In this document: in pieces, positions 57,601 to 64,000 of the stretch
Layout: each line of letters opens with the position of its first letter
How positions within the stretch are numbered: position 1 is the first letter of the stretch
Source of the DNA: Phyllobates terribilis
Taxonomy: Eukaryota
Direction: 5' to 3'
Length of the DNA: 64,000 nt
Assembly (NCBI RefSeq): GCF_046119375.1
Contig: NW_027362768.1
Span: forward strand, 164,548,001-164,612,000
The notes under the pieces: model-generated
What the model was told of the DNA's origin: nothing
The model's input: the letters and a program-made list of their open reading frames with translations, nothing else
Databases searched by the model: none
Program-made: the position numbers and the translations under genes

Positions 57601-60600
57601 ACGGAGGCGCAGCGGTGTTGAACTCTGCGGGGTTGGACAGAGGCGCAGAGGGGGTGGTCTCTGTGGGGGTGGATGGAGGTGCAGCGGAGGTGGTCTCTTC
57701 GAGGGTGGAAAGAGGCGCTGCGGGGGTGGTCTCTGCGGTGGTGGACGAAGGCGCATCGGGAGTGGTCTCTGCGGGGGTGGACGGAGGCGCAGCGGATGTG
57801 GTCTCTGTGGGGGTGGACGGAGGCGCAGCGGGGGTGGTCTCTGCGGGGGTGGACAGAGGCGCAGCCGGCGTGGACGGAGGCGCAGCGGGTGTGGTCTCTG
57901 TGGCGGTGGATGGAGGCGGAGCGGGGGTGGTCTCTGCGGGGGTGGTCTTTGTGGGGGTGGCCGTAGGCGCTGCCGGGGTGGTCTCTGCAGCGGTGGATGG
58001 AGAAAGAGAGGGGGTGGCCTCTTCGAGGGTGGAAAGAGACGCTGCGGGGGTGGTCTCTGCGGTGCTGGACGAAGGCGCATTGTGAGTGTTCTCTGTGGGG
58101 GTGGACGGAGGTGCAGCGGAGGTGGTCTCGGTGGGGGTGGACGGAGGCGCCGCGGGGGTGGTCTCTGCGGGGGTGGACGGAGGCGCAGTGGGGGTGGTCT
58201 CTGCGGGGGTGATCTCTGCGGTGGTGGACGGAGGCGCAGCGGGGGTGGTCTCTGCGGGAGTGGACAGAGGCACAGCCGGCGTGGACGGAGGCGCAACGGG
58301 TGTGGTCTCTGTGGCGGTGGACGGAGGCGCAGCGGGGGTGGTCTCTGCGGGAGTGGCCGGAGGCGCAGCCGGGGTGGTCTCTGCGGGGGTGGACGGAGGC
58401 GCAGTGGGGGTGGTCTCTGCGGGGGTGATCTCTGCGGGGGTGGACGGAGGCGCAGCGGGGGTGGTCTCTGCGGGGGTGGACAGAGGCACAGCCGGCGTGG
58501 ACGGAGGCGCAACGGGTGTGGTCTCTGTGGCGGTGGACGGAGGCGCAGCGGGGGTGGTCTCTGCGGGAGTGGCCGGAGGCGCAGCCGGGGTGGTCTCTGC
58601 GGGGGTGGACTGAGGAAGAGAGCGGGTGGCCTCTTCGAGGGTGGAAAGAGGCGCAGTGGGGGTGGTCTCTGCGGGGGTGGACGGAGGCGCAGTGGGGGTG
58701 GTCTCTGCGAGGGTGGACGGAGGCACAGCGGGGGTGGTCTCTGCTGGGGTGGTCTCTGCGGGGGTGGATGGAGTCGCCGCGGGGGTGATTTCTTTTAGGG
58801 TGGAAAGAGGCGCTGCGGGGGTGGTCTCTGCGGTGTTGGACGAAGGCGCATCGGGAGTGGTCTCTGCGGGGGTGGACGGAGGCGCAGTGGGGGTGGTCTC
58901 TGTGGGGGAGGACGGAGGCGCAACGGGGGTGGTCTCTGTTGTGGGGGTGGACGGTGGCGCAGTGGGGGTGGTCTCTGCGGGGGTGGACAGAGGTGTAGCG
59001 GGGGTGGTCTCTGCGGGGGTGGTTTCTGCGGGGGTGGAAGGAGGCGCAACCGGGGTGGTCTCTGCGGGGGTGGACGGAGGCGCAGCGGTGGTGGATTCTG
59101 CGGGGGTGGACGGAGGCGCAGCGGGGGTGGACTTTGCGGGGGTGGTCTCTGCGGGGGTGGACGGAGGCGAAGTGGGAGTGGTCTCTGCGGGGGTGATCTC
59201 TGCGGGGGTGGACGGAGGCGCGGCCGGGGTGGTCACTGTGGGGGTGGACGGAGGCGCAGCGGGGGTGGTCTCTGCGGGGGTGGACGGAGGCGCAGCGGGG
59301 GTGGTCTCTGCGGGGGTGGACAGAGGCGTTGCCGGGGTGGACGGAGGAGCAGCTTGTGTGGTCTCTGCGGCGGTGGACGGAGGTGCAGCGGGGGTGGTTT
59401 CTGCGGGGGCCGTCTCTGCCGGGGTGGAGGGAGGCGCCGCGGGGGTGGTCTCTGCGGGGGTGGTCTCTGCGGGGGTGGACGGAGGCACAGCCGGGGTGGT
59501 CTCTGCGGGGGTGTACCGAGGCGCAGCGGGGGTGGTCTCTTTGAGGGTGGAAAGAGGCGCAGCGGGGGTGGTCTCTGCGGGGGTGGATGGAGGCGCAGTG
59601 GGGGTGGTCTCTGCGGGGGTGGACAGAGGTACAGCGGGGGTGGTCTCTGCGGGGGTGGTTTCTGCGGGGGTGGACGGAGGCGCAGCGGTGGGGGACTCTG
59701 CGGGGGTGGACGGAGGCGCCGCGGGGGTGGTCTCTGCGGGGGTGGATGGATGTGCAGCGGAGGTGGTCTCTTCGAGGGTGGAAAGAGGCGCTGCGGGGGT
59801 GGTCTCTGCGGTGGTGGACAAAGGCGCATCGGGAATGGTCTCTGCGGGGGTGTACGGAGGAGCAGCGGAGGTGATCTCTGTGGGGGAGGACGGAGGCGCC
59901 GCGGTGGTGGTCTTTGCGGGGGTGGACGGAGGCGCAGTGGGGGTGGTCTCTGCGGCGGTGGTCTCTGCAGGGGTGGACGGAGGCGCAGTGGGGGTGGTCT
60001 CTGCGGGGGTGGACAGAGGTGCAGCAGGGGTGGACGGAGGCGCAGTGGGTGTGGTCTCTGTGGCGGTGGACGGAGGCTCAGCGGGGGTGGTCTCTGCGGG
60101 GGTGGACGGAGGCGCGGCCGGGGTGGTCTCTGCGGGGGTGGTCTCTGCGGGGGTGGCCATAGGCGCTGCCGGGGTGGTCTCTGCGGGGGTGGACGGAGGA
60201 AGAGAGGGGGTGGCCTCTTCGAGGGTGGAAAGAGACGCCGCGGGGGTGGTCTCTGCGGGGGTGGACGGAGGCGCAGCGGGGGTGGTCTCTGCGGGTGTGG
60301 ATGGAGGCGCAGAGGGGGTGGTCTCTGCGGGTGTGGACGGAGGCGCAGCGGGTGTGGTCTCTGCGGGGGTAGACAGAGGCACAGCCCGCGTGGACGGAGG
60401 CGCAGCGGGTGTGGTCTCTGTGGCAGTGGACGGAGGCGCAGCGGGGGTGGTCTCTGCGGGGGTGTTCTCTGCGGGGGTGGACAGAGGCGCAGCCGGCGTG
60501 GACGGAGGCGCAGCGGGTGTGGTCTCTGTGGCAGTGGACGGAGGTGCAGCCGGGGTGGTCTCTGCGGGGGTGGACGGAGAAAGAGAGGGGGTGGCCTCTT

Positions 60601-63600
60601 CGAGGGTGGAAAGAGGCGCAGCGGGGGTGGTCTCTGCGGGGGTGGATGGAGGCGCAGCGGGTGTGGCCTCTGTGGCGGTGGACGGAGGCGCAGCGGGTGT
60701 GGTCTCTGTGGCAGTGGAGGGAGGCGCAGCGGGGGTGGTCTCTGCATGGGTGTTGTCTGCGGGGGTGGACGGAGGCGCAGCCGGGGTGGTCTCTGTGGGG
60801 GTGAACGGAGGCGCAGTGGGGGTGGTCTCTGCGAGGGTGGACGGAGGCACAGCGGGGGTGGTCTCTGCTGGGGTGGTCTCTGCGGGGGTGGATGGAAGAG
60901 CAGTGGAGGTGGTCTCTTTGAGGGTGGAAAGAGGTGCTGCGGGGGTGGTCTCTGCGGTGGTCGACGAAGGTGCATCGGGAGTGGTCTCTGCGGGGGTGGA
61001 CGGAGGCGCAGCGGAGGTGGTCTCTGTGAGGGTGGATGGATGCGCAGCGGGGGTTGTCTTTGCGGGGGTGGTATCTGCGGGGGTGGATGGAGGCGCAGTG
61101 GGGGTGGTCTCTGCGGGAGTGATCTGTGCGGGGGTGGACGGAGGCGCAGTGGAAGTGGTCTCTGTGGGGGTGGACAGAGGCGCAGCGGGGGTGGTCTTTG
61201 TGGGGGTGGTCTCTGCGGGGGTCGATGGAGGCGCAGTGGGGGTGGTCTCTGCGGGGGTGATTTCTGCGGGGGTGGACGAATGCGCAGCGGGGGTGGTCTC
61301 TGCGGGGGTGGACAGAGGCACAGCCGGCGTGGACGGAGGCGCAGCGGGTGTGGTCTCTGTGGCGGTGGACGGAGGCGCAGCGGGTGTGGTCTCTGTGGCA
61401 GTGGACGGAGGCGCAGCGGGGGTGGTCTCTGCCGGGGTGTTTTCTGCGGGGGTGGCCGGAGGCGCAGCCGGGGTGGTCTCTGTGGGGGTGGACGGAGGAA
61501 GAGAGGGGGTGGCCTCTTCGAGGGTGGAAAGAGGCGCTGCGGGGGTGGTCTCTGCGGGGGTGGACGGAGGCGCAGTGGGGGTGGTCTCTGCGAGGGTGGA
61601 CGGAGGAGCAGCGGGGGTGGTCTCTGCTGGGATGGTCTCTGCGTGGGTGGATGGAGGAGCAGTGGAGGTGGTCTCTTCGAGGGTGGAAAGAGGCGCTGCG
61701 GGGGTGGTCTCTGCGGTGGTCGACGAAGGCGCATCGGGAGTGGTCTCTGCGGGGGTGGACGGAGGCGCAGCGGAGGTGGTCTCTGTGGGGGTGGACGGAG
61801 GCGCAGCAGGGGTTGTCTTTGCGGGGGTGGTCTCTGCGGGTGTGGATGGAGGCGCAGTGGGGGTGGTCTCTGCGGGGGTGATCTCTGCGAGGGTGGACGG
61901 AGGCGCAGCGGGGGTGGTCTCTGCGGGGGTGGACAGAGGCGCAGCCAGCGTGGACGGAGGCGCAGCGGGTGTGGTCTCTGTGGCGGTGGACGGAGGCGCA
62001 GCGGGGGTGGTCTCTGCGGGGGTTGACGGAGGAAGAGAGGGGGTGGCCTCTTCGAGGGTGGAAAGAGGCGCAGTGGGGGTGGACAGATGCACAGTGGGGG
62101 TGGTCTCTGCGAGGGTGGACGGAGGCGCAGCGGGGGTTGTCTCTGCTGGGGTGGTCTCTGCGGGGGTGGATGGAGGTGCCGCAGGGGTGGTTTCTTCGAG
62201 GGTGGACAGAGGCGCAGCAGGGGTGGACGGAGGCGCAGCGGGTGTGGTCTCTGTGGCGGTGGACGGAGGCACTGCGAAGGTGGTCTCTGCGGGGGTGGAC
62301 GGAGGTGCGGCCGGGGTGGTCACTGTGGGGGTGGACGGAGGCGCTGCGGGGGTGGTCTCTGCGGGTGTGGACAGAGGCGCAGCGGGGGTGGTCTCTGCAG
62401 GCGTGGACAGAGGTGCAGCCGCCGTGGACAGAGGCGCAGAGGGGGTGGTCTCTGCGGGGGTGGCCGGACGCGCAGCCGGGGTGGTCTCTGCAGGGGTGGA
62501 CGGAGGAAGAGAGGGGGTGACCTCTTCGAGGGTGGAAAGAGGCGCAGCGGGGGTGGTCTCTGTGGGGGTGGACGGAGGCGCAGCGGGGGTGGTCTCTGCG
62601 GGTGTGGACGGAGGCGCAGCGGGGGTGGTCTCTGCGGGGGTGGACAGAGGCGCAGCCGGCGTGGACGGAGGCGCAGCGGGTGTGGTCTCTGTGGCGGTGG
62701 ATGGAGGCGGAGCGGGGGTGGAATCTGCGGGGGTGGTCTCTGCGGGGGTGGCCGGAGGCGCAGGGGGTGTGGTCTCTGTGGCGGTGGATGGAGGCGGAGC
62801 GGGGGTGGAATCTGCGGGGGTGGTCTCTGCAGGGGTGGACGGAGAAAGAGAGGGGGTGGCCTCTTTGAGGGTGGAAAGAGGAGCTGCGGGGGTGTTCTCT
62901 GCGGTGGTGGATGAAGGCGCATTGGGAGTGGTCTCTGCGGGGGTGGACGGAGGCGCAGCGGAGGTGGTCTCTGTGGGGGTTGACGGAGGCACAGCGGGGG
63001 TGGTCTTTGCGGGGGTGGTCTCTGCAGGAGTGGACAGAGGCGCAGTGGGGGTGGTCTCTGCGGGGGTGATCTCTACGGGGGTGGATGGAGGCACGGCCGG
63101 GGTGGTCACTGTGGGGGTGGACGGAGGCGCAGCGGGGGTGGTCACTGTGGGGGTGGACGGAGGCGCAGCGGGGGTGGTCTCTGCAGGGGTGGACGGAGGC
63201 GCAGTGGGGGTGGTCTCTGCGGGGGTGGACAGAGGCGTAGCCGGGTTGGACGGAGGCGCAGCGGGTGTGGTCTCTGCGGCGGTGGACGGAGGCGCAGCGG
63301 GGGTGGTCTCTGCGGGGGTGGTCTCTGCGGGGGTGGCCGGAGGCGCAGCCGGGGTGGTCTCTGCGGGGGTGGACGGAGGAAGAGAGGGGGTGGCCTCTTC
63401 GAGGGAGGAAAGAGGCACAGCGGGGGTGGTCTCTGCGGGGGTGGACGGAGGCGCCGCAAGGGTGGTCTCTGCAGGGGTGGTCTCTGCGGGGGTGGTCGGA
63501 GGCACAGCCGGGGTGGTCTCTGCGGGGGTATACGGAGGCGCAGCGGGGGTGGTCTCTTCGAGGGTGGAAAGAGGCGCAGCGGGGGTGGTCTCTGCGGGGG

Positions 63601-64000
63601 TTGACGGAGGTGCAGTGGGGGTGGTCCCTGCAGGGGTGGACAGAGGTGCAGCGGGGGTGGTTTCTGCGGGGGTGGACGGAGGCACAGCCGGAGTGGTCTC
63701 TGCAGGGGTAGACGGAGGCGCAGCGGTGGTGGACTCTGCGGGGGTGGACGGAGGCGCAGCGGGGGTGGTCTCTGCGGGGGTGGATGGAGGCGCAGCGGAG
63801 GTGGTCTCTTCGAGGGTGGAAAGAGGCGCTGCGGGGATGGTCTCTGCGGTGGTGGACGAAGGCGCATCGGGAGTGGTCTCTGCGGGGGTGGACGGAGGCG
63901 CAGCGGAGGTGGTCTCTGTGGGGGTGGACGGAGGCGCAGCGGGGGTGGTCTTTGCGGGGGTGGTCTCTGCTGGGGTGGAAGGAGGCGCAGTAGGGGTGGT
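39602..64000 (-). CDS. Giant PTS exon B (at least 24,399 bp, 5' end outside window), 36/21/15-bp repeats PAETTPAAPPST, ending in SEA N-terminus NVVPLKFKIINRSYTESLRDTSSADYRRQSTEIVNI
   Basis: 8094-codon ORF. I translated 63686-64000 and the frame stays open to the window edge. Donor ATA|GTAAGT at 39601 (phase 0). Confidence 0.92.

Larger units (their letters stand above)
805..64000 (-). other. Mucin-like gene with alternating giant PTS domains and SEA domains (partial at both ends; two modules visible)
   Basis: Six exons with canonical GT-AG boundaries and compatible phases; two PTS repeat ORFs each followed by a three-exon SEA-like domain. A family of alternating PTS/SEA mucin-like proteins has been described in Xenopus and fish. 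No signal-peptide, TM or terminal exon was found in the window, so two tandem genes cannot be fully excluded. Confidence 0.8.

Noticed and set aside
39648-63993. + strand GVVSAGVDGGAA (up to 1615 aa), GGGRRRSGG, WSLRGWTEAQ ORFs and minus-strand RPPPQRPPP ORFs
   Set aside because: Same reason: the repeat unit is stop-poor in those frames; no independent starts, splice signals or domain features.
805-64000. Assigning a symbol such as MUC16, MUC3, MUC17 or MUC1
   Set aside because: The SEA and repeat sequences do not let me recognise an ortholog, and no TM, EGF or synteny information is in the window.

Overview
Vertebrate genomic DNA, most likely from a frog (inferred from the repeat families and the gene type). 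The window is dominated by one minus-strand mucin-like locus, open at both edges and built from two duplicated modules. Each module is [giant PTS tandem-repeat exon ending in the first third of a SEA domain] - [59/62-bp SEA micro-exon] - [164-bp SEA exon]. Exons read by hand, in transcription order: >64000-39602, 38640-38582, 31873-31710, 25847-9934, 8980-8919, 968-805. All introns are GT-AG and the phases are compatible (0,2,1,0,2,1), giving >13,500 codons within the window. The two PTS exons use different repeat units: 36/21/15-bp PAETTPAAPPST versus 63/39-bp TATEPPTPTQAPSTATESPTT. Their SEA exons are more diverged than the adjacent introns, mostly at replacement sites. The introns contain a non-autonomous Helitron carrying a 67-bp hairpin satellite (empty site visible in the paralogous intron), a 5'-truncated Penelope-like element and a second Penelope-like terminus (both with hammerhead-like motifs showing compensatory 3-8 pairs), a deleted DIRS element, an LTR remnant and several MITEs. 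The many long antisense and alternative-frame ORFs are shadows of the repeats. All identities quoted are hand counts. No database search was run.
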